Of a stretch of 64,000 nt of DNA, positions 40,492 through 53,610 are shown piece after piece. Location of the stretch: contig NC_087436.1 of the NCBI RefSeq assembly GCF_036321535.1, positions 92,754,001 to 92,818,000 on the forward strand. The letters run 5' to 3'. The notes below the pieces were generated by a model. The model was not told the origin of the DNA. It did not search any database and was given only the letters and a program-made list of their open reading frames with translations. The translations under genes and the position numbers were made by a program. This DNA is from Camelus dromedarius. Its lineage: Eukaryota. Position 1 is the stretch's first letter. Each line of letters opens with the position of its first letter.

Positions 40492-42333
40492 CAGTGGTTT
40501 TCAAACTGTGGTCCAAGGATCACTGGGGTACTAAGACATTTTCAAGGGGTACTCCAAGGTCAAAACAGTTTTCCTACGTACACTAAGATGTTTTTCGCCT
40601 TTTTACTATGCTGACGTTTCCTCTGGTGGCATAAAAGCAATAGTGGGTAAAACTGCTGACCCCGTCACACAACTCAAGGTGACTGGCACCAAACTAAACT
40701 ATAGTCATTGTGTTCCTTTACTGCCAGTCACTCAGTTTTGGTTTTTTTAAGCCAGTTTCACTTTAAAATGTCCTTCATGAAGTAGTAAAAAGTACTGATT
40801 TACTATACCTTAACCCTTGAAAACACTCTAAAAAATATTCTGTGACAAAATGGGAATATGTATGAAGCCCTAGTGCTTCACACTGAAGTCTGATGTTGTC
40901 ACAAGGAAAAGCACCACTGTGATTGCCTGACTTATGAGCTGAATCAGATGTTTTTTACTGGAACACCATTTTTACTTGAAAGAGTAACAAACTACAGTTA
41001 TTCAAATTTGACAGGCATCTTCTTAAGAAATGAATGCATCTACTACTTCAAGGAAAACAATTAACAGTGTTTGCTGCTAGTGATAAAATGCAAGCCTTAA
41101 AGTGAAAATTAGAACGTTGGAAAACTCACATCCACCATCTTGAGCCTGACAGCTTCCCAATAATTAGTACCATATCAACATTAGAATGATGTGCATAGAT
41201 TCAGTGAACCACTATTTTCTAAATGACCAATTCATAATGTTACAAAATCATGCATGGGTTGAAAGATCCAATCAGACAGAGTACAAAGATAGACCAACAG
41301 ATTTTAATACACTAGAATATGGGAGGGAACTAATCATACCCAAAGAGAGGTCTGGCCTTTGCCCTTGACTATTGGGAGGTAATCTCTAGGCCCTTGGAAT
41401 ATCCTGCCTGATAATTATGTCTTTGTTTATCTTTGGCCATACAATAACTGCTATACCTCCAGAAGGGGTCAGAGATGAAAGGTCAGCCACTCAAGCAGTC
41501 AACTATGGAACCCCAAGAAAATTTCTGGACACCAAGGATCAGATGAGATTCTCTGGTTGGTAATGCTCCATGCAAATTGTCATACATCTTCACCAGGAAA
41601 GTAAGACTGTCCACGACTCCATGGGGAGAGGACAACGGAAACTCCAAGTTTGGAATACTGCCCTATGCACCTCTTCCCATGGCTAGTTTTAATCTGTATC
41701 CTTTCATTGCAATATCCACACAGTAAGTTATGTGAGTCCTTCTAGTGAATCATTAAACCTGAGGGTGGTCTTAGGAACCCCTCAAACTTTGCAATTAGTG
41801 TTAGATATGAAGATGGTCTTATGGATTGTGCCCCCTTACTTCACAGACAGTACAGGAAAAGTTCATTGATATGGTTTCAGATTTCATATCGCAACTAAGC
41901 TTTAAGAGGTTATTAGTTGTCAGGTTTTGGTATAATATGAAAAGAGACTACCACAATTACCTGAAAAGGCTGTAAGAATACTTACAAAGGCTCCTCCCTC
42001 TTCATATTCTTCAACCAAAACAACATATGGTAACAGACTGAATGCAGAAGCACAGATGGGAATCTAGCTGTCTTATTTTTGCAAAAATGTAAAACAGTAC
42101 CATTCTTCTATTTTCATTTCAGAAAATACAGTTATTTTTCATCAAATTGTTATTTATATTAACACATAATAGGTTTATCATGTTTTTTAAATGAATACAA
42201 TATTTTAAAATTTGTTTTAATTTATAATTTGATAAATATCAATAAATATAATTCCAAAAAATAAAAGCTCTTTGGGTCTTCAATAATTTTTAAGAATGTA
42301 GGGTCCTAAGACCAAAATATTAGAGAATTGCTC
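40492..42333. mobile_element. Charlie1-family hAT DNA transposon with nested LTR
   Basis: Terminus cagtggttttcaaactgtggtcc; internal ggaacaccatttttacttgaaaga and aataaaagctctttggg; decayed opposite terminus. Confidence 0.8.
41318..41845 (+). mobile_element. ERV solo LTR (MER21-like) inserted in Charlie1
   Basis: gaggtctggcctttgccc...ggaggtaatctctaggcccttggaat...gtgagtccttctagtgaatcattaaacctgagggtggtcttaggaaccc. Confidence 0.75.
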
Positions 42334-43222
42334 ATCAAGAAACTCTGAAAATCATGCCAAATAAGCCTATGAACTATAATATTACATTAACAAAATCATC
42401 TTATTTGAAGCACTTCTATTAATAAGATCAGAGATTTAGATTCTAAAGAGTAAAATAGAGATAGAAATGTTTTCCTTCAAGTTTTGTCTTTGTTTCTCTT
42501 GAATTTTTAACAAAACTAAAGAATGATCAGCATCAACTGAAGAAAATGTATTTTTGCCTTCAACAAGCTATAAATGTTAAAGATCATTTACAAGTTTTTT
42601 TCATTGTAAACAATTAGAATTCAAATGTCAATAAATGACAATTTGAGAATACTGAGACATTTTTAGAGGCAGTCTGATAAGGTAATATTTCAGTAAAAAG
42701 CCAATAGGTTGTAAGGATCTCCAACAGAACAGAAACAAACAGAAAATATAAAATACTATCAAATGGAAAAAAAAAATATCATCAGATGGACTAAAGCAAG
42801 ATGTATGTATATGTTTAAGGTCACACTCTATTTTTTTTTGAACTTTTGAACAGTCTAAAGTTTCCCTTTACCTTTCTCTAGAAACTTTTAAAATTCTTCT
42901 TATTTAAAGACAAACAAACAAACAAACAAAAATCCTCTATTTTAGAAACGAAGCAAGCAGTAGAGAATAGTGGTTACAAGCACAGAATTTGGAATGGAAC
43001 AACAAAGAACAAACGCTCAAATCCCAAGTCCCCTACTTCCTTGAGTAAATTATCCAACTTTTCTAACCCAGTCATTTTCTCACCCATAACTACCAATAAA
43101 TCATGGGGTTACTAAGAAGATAAAAACACACAAGTGATATAGTTAGCAAAGTGCCTAACACTGATAAGCAATCAAAAAATAGTTGATACTGTTATTACAT
43201 TATTATAATGAACACATCTTAC

Positions 43223-43336
43223 TTTCAGTTCCCTCTCAAGTCTATCTACTTCAGCTCCTAATGTATCAATAATATTTTCTCCATGTTTAAGCATAAAGGT
43301 TTCTAGTTCTTCAGGAGTTTTCACTTCTTGAATTTC
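43223..43336 (-). CDS. SLC30A9: ZnT9 coding exon (~exon 17, 114 nt)
   Basis: tatag|GAA...AAA|gtaaga. Encodes EIQEVKTPEELETFMLKHGENIIDTLGAEVDRLERELK. Confidence 0.95.
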
Positions 43337-43499
43337 CTATAAAGAGAATGATAGCAGAAAACAAAATAAATTCTTAAAAATAAAATCACAGCGGTACACT
43401 GATAATTTCTTTTAATAATTATAACAAACACCATTAAGTTTAATGAAAAATGGAAAACTTTCAAGCCATAAGCACTATAGACCACCTATTTCCAAAAAA

Positions 43500-44790
43500 C
43501 ACAGTTCAAGAAAAAATTGAGTACAATGCTCCACAGAGGTAGCATTACAAAATTAGTGGGAAAAGAATAGACTATTCAATGAATAGCCAGGGAAATTCAT
43601 TTTCTATAGGAAAAAAAGACTAAATCCCTAGCTCAGACCGTTAAACAAATAATTCTAAGTGGACTGAAAACTTAATGGTAAAAAAAAAAAACCCAAAAAC
43701 ATAAAATATTAGAAGAAAAAATAGTTTTATGATAATGGGATAAGGAAGGGTCTTCTAAGCAAGATACTAAAAAGCCTATTTGACATAAAATTAAAAATGG
43801 CATTAAATCTTTTATACGACAACAAAATGGAATGGTAATCACAAAGTAGAAAGTTATCTGCATATACACAACTGAGAAAGGATTAGTAACCAGTATGTTA
43901 AAAATAAAATGCTTACAAATCTGTCAGAATATGAGACATTAAACAAACAAAGAAGCAAGTAGAGGGAATACCAATGTCCAATACATTTCTATGCATATTA
44001 ACCTCACTACTACCAGGGTAATATAAATTAAAGCAACAAGATACTATTTCCCATCCATCATAACGATAAAAATTTCAAAACTCTATGAATACAATCTAGT
44101 AAGAAAGTGAAGCAATAGAAATTTTCATACATTGATGGTGGAAGTTAAACTGACACAGTCTGGAGAACAATTTGCCAAAATCTGTTGAAGATATGTTCAC
44201 CCAATGGCCCACCTATTTTAAATCTAGCTATGTACTACCCTAAAGAAATTCTTGCACATGCGAACAAGGAAACTCATATGAGAATGCTACTTGTGGCATG
44301 ATTTCCAATAGTTTAACAATGGAAACAATATAACTGTCCATCAAGTGGACATGTTATGTACAACATGTCCATATATACGTATATATATGTACATAAACAT
44401 GGAAGAATCTCAAAAAGATGCTGTTAAGCAAATTATAGAGGGAATTATATGACATTAAACCATTTATATCAATTTTTAAACATCTAAAATGTTATTATAT
44501 ATTGTGCTAAGAAAAATACATTAAAAAATATAAAAGCCTGAATGGAAATGACAGGTACTAAATTCAAGAAAATTGTTAGTTCTGTGGATGGAGGAAGGAG
44601 ACTGGGATCTAGAAGGAGAAACAAGGGCTCTATTTTTGTAATGATTTCTTTGTTTTTTTTTAAAGATCCTAAGCAAATACAAGTACAGTAAAATATTAAT
44701 ATTTGACAAAGGCAAGTGGTAACATCTGCTCTGTTTATTATATTACCCTCCATCAATTTTCTTCTAAAGTACTCTTAATAAAAAAAATGG
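43500..44790 (+). mobile_element. Ancient L1 (L1ME-like) 3' fragment
   Basis: Degenerate ORF2-end and 3' UTR motifs (gactattcaat, ccctaaagaaattcttgcacatg, aactgtccatca). Confidence 0.65.
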
Positions 44791-45191
44791 GTTCTGGAGT
44801 CAGAGATCTAAATTCATAACTGACTCCATATTATGGAGCTGCAATTTTAGGCAAGTTACTTCATCTTTCTGTGTCTAGATTTACATATAAATATGTAATA
44901 TAATATGAAAATATTTCTTTACCTCACAGGTTGTTGAGAGTAAATTAGGTAACGTATATAAAATACCTGGCACATAACAATGACTTTAATAATAAGTTTG
45001 CTCTTCTGTTATCTCCTCTGAACCACTTTTACAGTAAATAAAAGGGTCTTTGTCAAGTTTTGGAACCCTAAGAAGTTGAAAGCTGAAGTGAGTTTAAGAC
45101 CTATAAATGAAATAGTTTTATTTTATTTACTTAAGAGGTAATCTGTCTAACCCTTGGCTATATACGAAATCAAATAAATACATAAACTTAC

Positions 45192-45321
45192 TTGTAGCAG
45201 TTGGTCAAAATCTTGTTTTTCCAAATACGATCTTGTAACAACTCGTCCATCAAAATCTACTTCTGCCTTAAATCTTACTTTCCCTAATCCCAGATCTGTG
45301 GCTTTAACATCATGAATTGCC
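45192..45321 (-). CDS. SLC30A9: ZnT9 coding exon (~exon 16, 130 nt)
   Basis: ttgcag|G...CAA|gtaagt. Encodes AIHDVKATDLGLGKVRFKAEVDFDGRVVTRSYLEKQDFDQLLQ. Confidence 0.95.
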
Positions 45322-45607
45322 CTGCAATCAATAACAATGCATAAAAATTTATATACACACACATACACCTAAATTTTAATGGCACAAAGTCTAGAATTCT
45401 TATTTTTCTCCAACAGTGACAAAAATGGACTAAGACGGCTTTCAGAGTATTTACCATTAAGTGCCACCTATCATTTTCCAAACAAATGTTCATTTAGCTT
45501 TCTCTGCATAACACAATACTATCAAAGGTACAAACTTAACAAATATTGTTTCATGGTAATTTGTATATATATATTTAAATAGTTTGGATTAAAATAAGTC
45601 AACTCTA

Positions 45608-45760
45608 GGGGGAGGGTATAGCTCAGTGGTAAAGTGCATGCCTAGCATGCACAAGGTCCTGGGTTCAAGTCCCAGTACCTCTATTAAAAGATAAATAAAT
45701 AAAAACGTAACTGCCTTCCCCCAAATAAAAAAATAAAATAAAAATTTAAAAAACAAACAG
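45608..45760 (+). mobile_element. Vic-1-like tRNA-derived SINE
   Basis: gggggagggtatagctcagtggtaaagtgcatgcctagcatgcacaaggtcctgggttcaagtccc; TSD core tcaactcta at 45599-45607 and 45766-45774. Confidence 0.85.
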
Positions 45761-46711
45761 AAAAATCAACTCTAAATTGCTTTTCCAAAAGACTGTCACT
45801 TTATCTCATAATCCTTTTTTCCTGTTGTCAGTATCTTCTGTAAAAGTCATCACACAACTCTGTGAAGTACTCTTATTAGAGTAAGGTTAACAATAACTAC
45901 CTAATGGGACTGATGTGGGGAATAACAAACCAGCATATATAAAAAGTTTAATATGGTACCAGCTATACAGTAGACACTTAATGAATGACATTCATAAAAT
46001 AGATTAACATGGCATCTTTACGATAAAACAGTCCTGGGGGCATAAGTGACCTGCCTAAGGCAATTCGTCTAGTCAAGAGCTGAGACTCATCCCAGATCTT
46101 CAGATACCCAAACCCAGTGTGGTCTTTCCTTTACACCATTCTGCCTTCCAGAAAGGGAAGCAAATGCTCAAGCACAACTGCTTCCCATTCCTCCTGCCCT
46201 ACACCTGAGGAGTCAATCTTCCCTAGAAAACTGTTGAGAAATTCCTTTCTTTCTATGGTAATCAATATAACATCTTTTCTTTACAGGATACAAAAGAAAA
46301 TAAAAAACACTCTGAATTCTGAGGGCACAGAGATTTCCTACTGGAAAAACAAGCCTAAATGAGATTCCAAATACTCTTAAAACATCTGACCCTAATTTGT
46401 GAGTGATCTTAAGCAAGTTACTAAATACGGGGTGTCCAAATTCTTTACCCACATAAATAAAGAATTATAGATGAAAATAAGAACTAATGATTTAATATTT
46501 ATGAAGTTATGTATGCATAAGTTGAAATGAAACTTGTCCAGATTGGTAAGAGGTTATATAATTAATTCATTTAAAAAAAGCGTATCTACCTCAGTCTTAA
46601 CAAAATATTTAAAAATCTCACTGTTTGACTAATACTTAGATATCAGCTAATGAAAATATTCTGATACACTTTTTCCTTACATGCTTATATGTAACTAACT
46701 GCAGACAATTA

Positions 46712-47197
46712 TGATAGGCAGCTTCTGTCATGGCTCCCAACGATCCTTCCCTCCTGCGTTCCAGCCCTTGTGCAGTCCTCTCTCCTTCAGTGTGGGCTAG
46801 ATCTAATGATTTGCTCCTAACCAACAGAATATGGCAAAATGGTGAGATGTTATTTCCAGGGTTAGATGACTAATCTGTGACTTTTATCTTGTTCATATTC
46901 AGTATCTATTTCTTTCTCAGTATGCATACTTTGATTTAGCAGGCTACCATGTTGGGAGAGCCCCAGTTGGGAAGAAACTAAATCTTGTCAATAATTATGT
47001 TAAGTTTACAAGCAGATCTTTCCCCAGGAGATGACTACTGCCCCAGCCAATACCTTGACTGTGAGAAATTCTGAAGTAGAGGACCTACGTAAACCATGCC
47101 TGGATTCCTGACCCATAGAAGCTGTAAGGTAATAAATGTTGTTTTAAATCACTAAGTTTTGGGGTAATTTGTCATAAAACAACAGATAACTAATACA
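46712..47197 (+). mobile_element. MaLR (MLT1-type) solo LTR
   Basis: Starts tgataggcag...ggctcccaa; ends aataaatgttgttttaaatcactaagttttggggtaatttgt...agataactaataca. Confidence 0.85.
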
Positions 47198-47339
47198 TGG
47201 TTTGAAAAACCATATGAACTTTCTGGATTACTAACATTTATTTTCTCCAACAATTCAATCTACAGATCTTCACCCTTCCAGAAAATTTCAAGTTTGCCAG
47301 TAAGTCTTTCCATATACAGCTTTCTTCAGATTTTAACTA

Positions 47340-48600
47340 TAAACAATATATGCAAAATTATAAACGTTCATATACCTAATAAAAGGTTAACAAAATACAT
47401 GAAGCAAAAAGTGACAGACATGATACGAGAAACAGGCAATTCAACAATAATAGCTGGAGACTTCAATAACAGAACAACTAGGCAAGAAGACCAACAGGGA
47501 AACAAAAAACTTGAACACTATAAGCCAACTAAGTCTAACATACACCCAACACTCCACACAACAGTAGAATAGACATCCTTCTCAAGTACACATGGAACAT
47601 TATCCAAGATAGATCATATACTAGGCCATAAAACAGTAAATTTAAAAGGACACAAATAATAAATAGAATGTTCTGCAACCACAATGGAATGAAATTAGAA
47701 ATAACAGAAAGATATTTAAGAAACTCACAAATATGTGGAAATTAAACAACACATTCCTAAATAACCAATAGACAAAGAAAAAATGTAAAGTAAAATTTAA
47801 AAATACTTTGAAGTGAATGAATATGAAGATACAACATATCAAAATTTATAGGAATGCAGTAAAGCAGTACTTAGAAGGAAATTTGTAACTGTAAAAGCCT
47901 GTACTAAAAAAAAGAGAGATATCAAATCAAAAACTTAACCTACTAGCTTAAGACACTGGAAAAAGAGCAGCTAAACCTAAAGCAAGCAGAAAGAAGGAAA
48001 TTAGAATTAGAGCAGCAAGTCATGAAAAGGAGAAGAAACTAACAACAGAAAATCAACTAAACCAAAAACTAGTTCTCTGAAAAGATCAACAAAATGGACA
48101 AATCTTTAGCTGGGCTGACCAAGAAAAAAAAAAAAGAGAAGATCCAAATTAGTAGAATCAGAAATGAAAGAGGAGACAATGCTACTAACCCTAAAGAAAT
48201 ATAAAGGATTACAAAGGACTACTAGGAACAGCCATATGCCAACAAATTAGACCATTTAGAAGTAATGGACAAATTTCTGGAAAGATATGAACTACTGAAA
48301 CTGACACAAGAAGAAACAATCTGAACAGACCTACAATAAGAGACAGAATAATTAATCAAAAAACATACCACACAGAAAAGCTCATGCCCAAATAGCATCA
48401 CTGCTGAATTCTACCAAACATTTAAAGAACATAAAAGCCCATGCGCAGGTGGCATCACTGCTGAAACCTACCAAACATCTAAAGAAGAAATAATACCAAC
48501 TCTTCACAAACTCTTCTAAAAAAACAGAAGAAGGGGATATATTTTCCAACTCATTCCATATGGTATTACCTTGATAACAAAACCGAAGACATCACAAGGA
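47340..48600 (+). mobile_element. L1 ORF2 5' (endonuclease-region) fragment, degenerate
   Basis: Remnant peptide NSTIIAGDFN, plus catggaacattatccaagatagatcatatactaggcc and gaattctaccaaacatttaaagaa. Confidence 0.9.
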
Positions 48601-49490
48601 AAGGATATTGATATGGATTATCTCACATTAAGTTACTAAGCCTAATACTGATTCTAAGAATGCTCAGCTTCTAATCTTGACCCAGCTAGGTAACTACTTT
48701 TAAGAGTAAACACACAGGGCTTAAAATATAAATCTAGTAATCAATTAATCATGTGTTCTTTTGATTCACATATACAAGTCATTTTTAAAGGATTTAACGA
48801 ACAGATTTTAATTACAACAAGAGAAAAATAGATTCTTATTTTAAAGTTTTATAAATATACATATATATATGTAGGTAGGTAGTAGAAAACTAGAATTTTA
48901 AGATTGTTCCTTCCACTTCACTCTGAAACTACACTGCTGCTGAAGTTCACTAAAAAGCCCTATTAGAACTCTCCATCTCTTCTTATAACCTCCTAAGTCT
49001 TCAGTTCTTTATATCATTTAAAAATAAGAAACATAAGGGAAGATTTTTAAAATAAGCTAAAACAAAAGTCTATTTTTAACTATAAATTATATTCAGTTTG
49101 GTAATGACTCCCCCATGAATAAAAATCTTCTTAAGTTTAATATATTTAATTTGTAATTAAAATTCAGATATAAGGCAAATATAAATACGAAGGTTCCACA
49201 TAAGTGGTTCTACATTAAAGAGACAAATACTTTACAAAATTCTATTCCTGTTAATCATCTAACTACTCCTTATTCTAAAAATTAAAGATACACAGAATTT
49301 AAAAGGAAACAGGGAGTTTCCAAAATGCTTTCACTTGCTTTCTTTTAAAGTTGCAATTCTGAAAAGTAATCAATTAAAAAGTTCTGAAGGCTAGGGATCC
49401 AAAATCTCTTCTGGAAGTATTAACAAGACAAGCATGTCTATTTCTTAACATGTTTTTGTGACCTTAACAGCATCATTGGAATAAGCTGAC

Positions 49491-49656
49491 CTTACTGATG
49501 GGTCGTTCTCCAGTAGTTCAGTAAGCCGTTGTACTTGCTCTGGCTGGATGGATCGCCCTAAGAGTGCTTCTGTGTTAGTGTAGATGAGGAATGCTGAGAC
49601 CACGCCTAACAAGGTGCCCACACCCAAAGAACCTAGGCTGTCATACAGTGGATTGC
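49491..49656 (-). CDS. SLC30A9: ZnT9 coding exon (~exon 15, 166 nt)
   Basis: tttag|GC...AG|gtcagc. Encodes GNPLYDSLGSLGVGTLLGVVSAFLIYTNTEALLGRSIQPEQVQRLTELLENDPSV(R). Confidence 0.95.
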
Positions 49657-50235
49657 CTAAATAAAGCACATAAAAACTCAGTAAATTAACATTTTCTATT
49701 ATTTCAATGAGCTTCAGTGAGCAAAAAACCAGCATTAGTTAATCAAGGTACTTGAAATTCGTTCCTAATTCCTTTAATAACTTTCTCCTAAGAGTCTGAC
49801 TATACTACAAAATAGGAATGCTACAACTTGCTTCATATTACATAGGCGTATCATGCAGTTTATTTATGACCTGTTTCGTGTATCTGGTCACACGGATGAG
49901 GGTTCAGAGCATTTTTAGATTAGAGACATGATACACATATTAACAATTTCTTTTTAAAAAGTCCATTTCTTTTTTATGTATCAGTAGCACATCTCCTATC
50001 CCAGGTTGATAAAATAATTGTAAGATAAAAAGCCGAAATAACCATTTTTATATCTTTTTCTTACAAAGGTTCTGTGAAAGAATTAAGCCATACAAAAAAA
50101 TGATATGAGTCCCTCTTATCTCATTCAACCAAGAATGATACATAGCTAGTACCATTCCAGACAGACAGACAAACACGCGCGCAAGCACGTGTGGAAGAAG
50201 TTGTTAATTCATTGCACACAATGGCTACCTTACAG

Positions 50236-50410
50236 CAGTGGTTCTCAAAGTGAGGTCCCTTGACCAGTAACACCAATGACACTCAAGAACTTGGTAGAAA
50301 CACAAATCTCAGGTCTCACTGGAGATCTTCTGAATTAGAAATCTGGAGGTGGGGTCTAGTACACTGTGTCTTCTCATTCCCTCCAGGTGATTCTAATTCT
50401 ACAGTTTGCC
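50236..50410. mobile_element. MER5A DNA transposon
   Basis: cagtggttctcaaagtg...gaacttggtagaaacacaaatctcagg...ccctccaggtgattct. Confidence 0.8.
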
Positions 50411-51945
50411 TTAGGTTTTTAGGGCTTTATTCTCTTCCAGAACCAATGAGAATGTATGAGTTGATATTTATATAACAGATATCAATAAATATTATATTTT
50501 AAATATTTATAATAAATTTTAGACACAAGGCTTTTATAATTAGAAATCTTTTTATTCCAAAGACTAAATGTCAATATTAACTTTAACTTTCTTAATGCTT
50601 GATAAAAACTAATGCTTAATATTTTACTAAAATTTACACTATAATTTTCAATTTAGATTATTTATGACATTTAGTCAAAATATAACACTAAAAAATGGGT
50701 AACTTATCTGTACTACTAAATTTTTAAAATGACCCATTTGTAAAACACAATTCACTAGGAAGTTTGTAATTACAGAGTTCAAAATCAAATACTGCTTTTT
50801 AAAAACCCAAATTTATATCATTATCTTTATTTAAAAGTATACATGTATTAATAAGCCTACAGAAATCATAGGATTATTAGCTGGAAAATATTTATTTCCT
50901 GGCATGTCATTTAGTTTAAATGAATCAATTCAACTAAGTAAAAATTAATGAGAAACTAAAAAAATTTTAGAAGGTTGATTTGACTGGTTTATATTACTAA
51001 GTAAAAAGAATAATTTATTAAAAGTTGACTTATTTATTGATGAAGTCACTCTCCCTAAGCCTAAAATTTTGCTAAGTAATCATTTAGTTCTAGAAATGTC
51101 CAAAATGATAAGGTCAACCAGAAAAATAATCAAAATACGTTTAGAAATATTTTGGATCACAGCGAACATCAAAGAATGCTGGCTTAACCTTAAAATGTAC
51201 ATTCAAAATGAGAAAGGCCTATTCATATTTCAGAATATTCTAAGAAATACTACAGAACTGTGAAAGCTCATCACCTAAAATTATTTTAAATATGCAAGGA
51301 CAAACAGGTAAGAATGGAGTAAGTACCATTCCAAGAGAATTCCAACCTCAGAAATTGAGTCTTTTCATACTGAATGGTTCTTTTGGTTTAGAAAATAAAA
51401 ATAAAATGATTTTTCTGCTTCTTATCAACCTGTACTGCACTGGTTTTCAAAACATTTAACTAGCTACCAAAATGAGGATGGAAGAAACTATAGTCAAGGA
51501 AACAGGGAAGTAACAACAATTATCATTGGCACTAATAGTGGAAAAAGACAAATGAACATGAGCCACACACAATACATATTTATTTCGAACTTTAGAGTTT
51601 ATTAAAGTTCTCTCTCATATATTACCTTAAACCTGTGAAGTCACTAGGATAAATATTATCAATATCTTTACAGTAAAGAACTTAAAGCACTGAGTAGCTG
51701 TATAATTTATTAAGGCACAGCTAGAAGGGTTTAGAGCATTACAGAAATGTTCTATTAGTAGCCTTTTTTATTTCTAATTAAGAGAAATTTCTAACTCAGA
51801 GAAATATAAACAAATGGTTAGCATGAAATTCACATTTAACAATATATTGGTTTATAATTATCCAATGATATAAAGGAAAGTCCCCACATACTAGGGAATT
51901 ATTTAAGTAGCACAATATATCACCTGTAATATAAAAAATATTTAC

Positions 51946-52053
51946 CTGTTAGAGAAGTAAGGCCCATACAAGTGGCTGCTATGATCACTCCCAACACTGC
52001 TGCAGTATCCTCCAATAATATAACATTTGTACTAGGGTCACGACTTTCCATCA
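51946..52053 (-). CDS. SLC30A9: ZnT9 coding exon (~exon 14, 108 nt)
   Basis: ttaag|TG...ACAG|gtaaat. Encodes (V)MESRDPSTNVILLEDTAAVLGVIIAATCMGLTSLT, the TM5 region. Confidence 0.93.
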
Positions 52054-52500
52054 CTTAATCATTTGGGTAGACACAAGAAAAGAAATCTTAATTGGATACT
52101 ATCAGGTAACATTTTAATGAGTATCTGTTAAATTAATTAAATTAAAATTAAGATTTAGAAATGTAAGAGATCCTGATTTTGAAAACCCTGTTCATTATAA
52201 ACATAATGTCTTGGTTTAAATGTTAATAACTGATATTTGGAGTCAAATTACTTTCTCAAGTTATATAAGCATATACAGAAATACTGTAGTTCACTTCAGT
52301 TAAATCCAAATATGAAGTATTCCTTTTCAAATTACACTACATTTCTCTTTTTAAAAGAGCTGATATGTAAGTAAGAGGCACATAGGGAAGACACTGATAT
52401 ATATTTTGTACACATCTATGTGGAAGAAAGCAATAGCACTAGGCAATTTTAAGCAAATAAGGAAGATAATATAATACACCTGGGTCTCTAAAATACATAC

Positions 52501-52572
52501 CATACTTGTAAAATGACATTCCTTTGGCCCGAGCACTCCTACGAAGTTCATTTACAGCAACAAGAAGTGTTG
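52501..52572 (-). CDS. SLC30A9: ZnT9 coding exon (~exon 13, 72 nt)
   Basis: ttcag|CA...G|gtatgt. Encodes (A)TLLVAVNELRRSARAKGMSFYKY. Confidence 0.94.
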
Positions 52573-53570
52573 CTGAAAGAAAAGCATTCGTATCAGCAAG
52601 GAAGAAACTTCATGCCTTCAAACTTTAAAGATGGCATCTCAAGAGATAAGTAAACAGGCACAACGCTTAAATGCTAAGGGCTGTCAATAAGGAAAAGTTC
52701 TATATTAAACTAGTCACTATCAAGACCCCAATTAATCATTATAATATAATGAACCCCGTATTTCTAAACCACAATAATTTAAATATCATTACTACCACAA
52801 CAGCCTTAATTTATTACACTAGTCGGTAGGCATCACACTAAGCACAATCACTTTTGATCCCCCCAACCTTCTGAGGTAAGTGGTGTTACCACCATTTTAC
52901 AAGACTGTCAAAGATGAAGGGAACACAATGCATAAAAAAAACAATGTTTTAGAAGTAAACATGAGTACAGCAGTGAATTAGGCAGTTTCATACATGATAT
53001 GGTATTAGCACTTCTCTGTCAAAATACTGCTATAACTGAAAGTTTCAGAAACTTTAAAATATTTGAAATGCAAAAAGAGAGAGTCTTCTCTGATTAACAC
53101 TATTAAAACCTGATTTTTAAAAACTCATTACATAGATAGGTCGTTTTTTTAACTGACATATAGTCAGTTACAATGTGTCAATTTCTGGTGTACAGCATAA
53201 TGTTTCAGTCAGGTATATATTTGTTTTCATATTTTTTTCATTATAGGTTATTACAAGATATTGAATAAGTTCCCTGTGCTATATAGAAGAAATCTGTTTT
53301 TTAATAGATATGCCTTTATACTCCATTTCAAATGTTCTGAGCATTATGATATTATACTCAAGAAAAACATAGCATTTCCAAACTTGCCCCATCTATTATA
53401 GGAAGAACCATGGTACATTATACAAAGAATTTCCTCCCTTGAGCTAGACAAAACTTATACTCCTATTCCCACAGTTTTCTTTAATCAACAGAACTTAGCA
53501 ATCTATCAAAATGGACTGCTGAATATGTATTGCTAAATTAAGAATAAAGAGACACTGTGACAGTACATAC

Positions 53571-53610
53571 CGCCTTCAGATACCAATGATCCTGCTAAAA
53601 TACAATATGC
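53571..53610 (-). CDS. SLC30A9: ZnT9 coding exon (~exon 12, 40 nt)
   Basis: ttctag|GCA...G|gtatgt. Encodes AYCILAGSLVSEG; phases match both neighbours. Confidence 0.93.

Noticed and set aside
51918..51945. Second ACAG|GT 22 nt beyond a SLC30A9 donor
   Set aside because: The intronic consensus (GTGATA) is weaker than the in-frame donor, and nothing indicates it is used.
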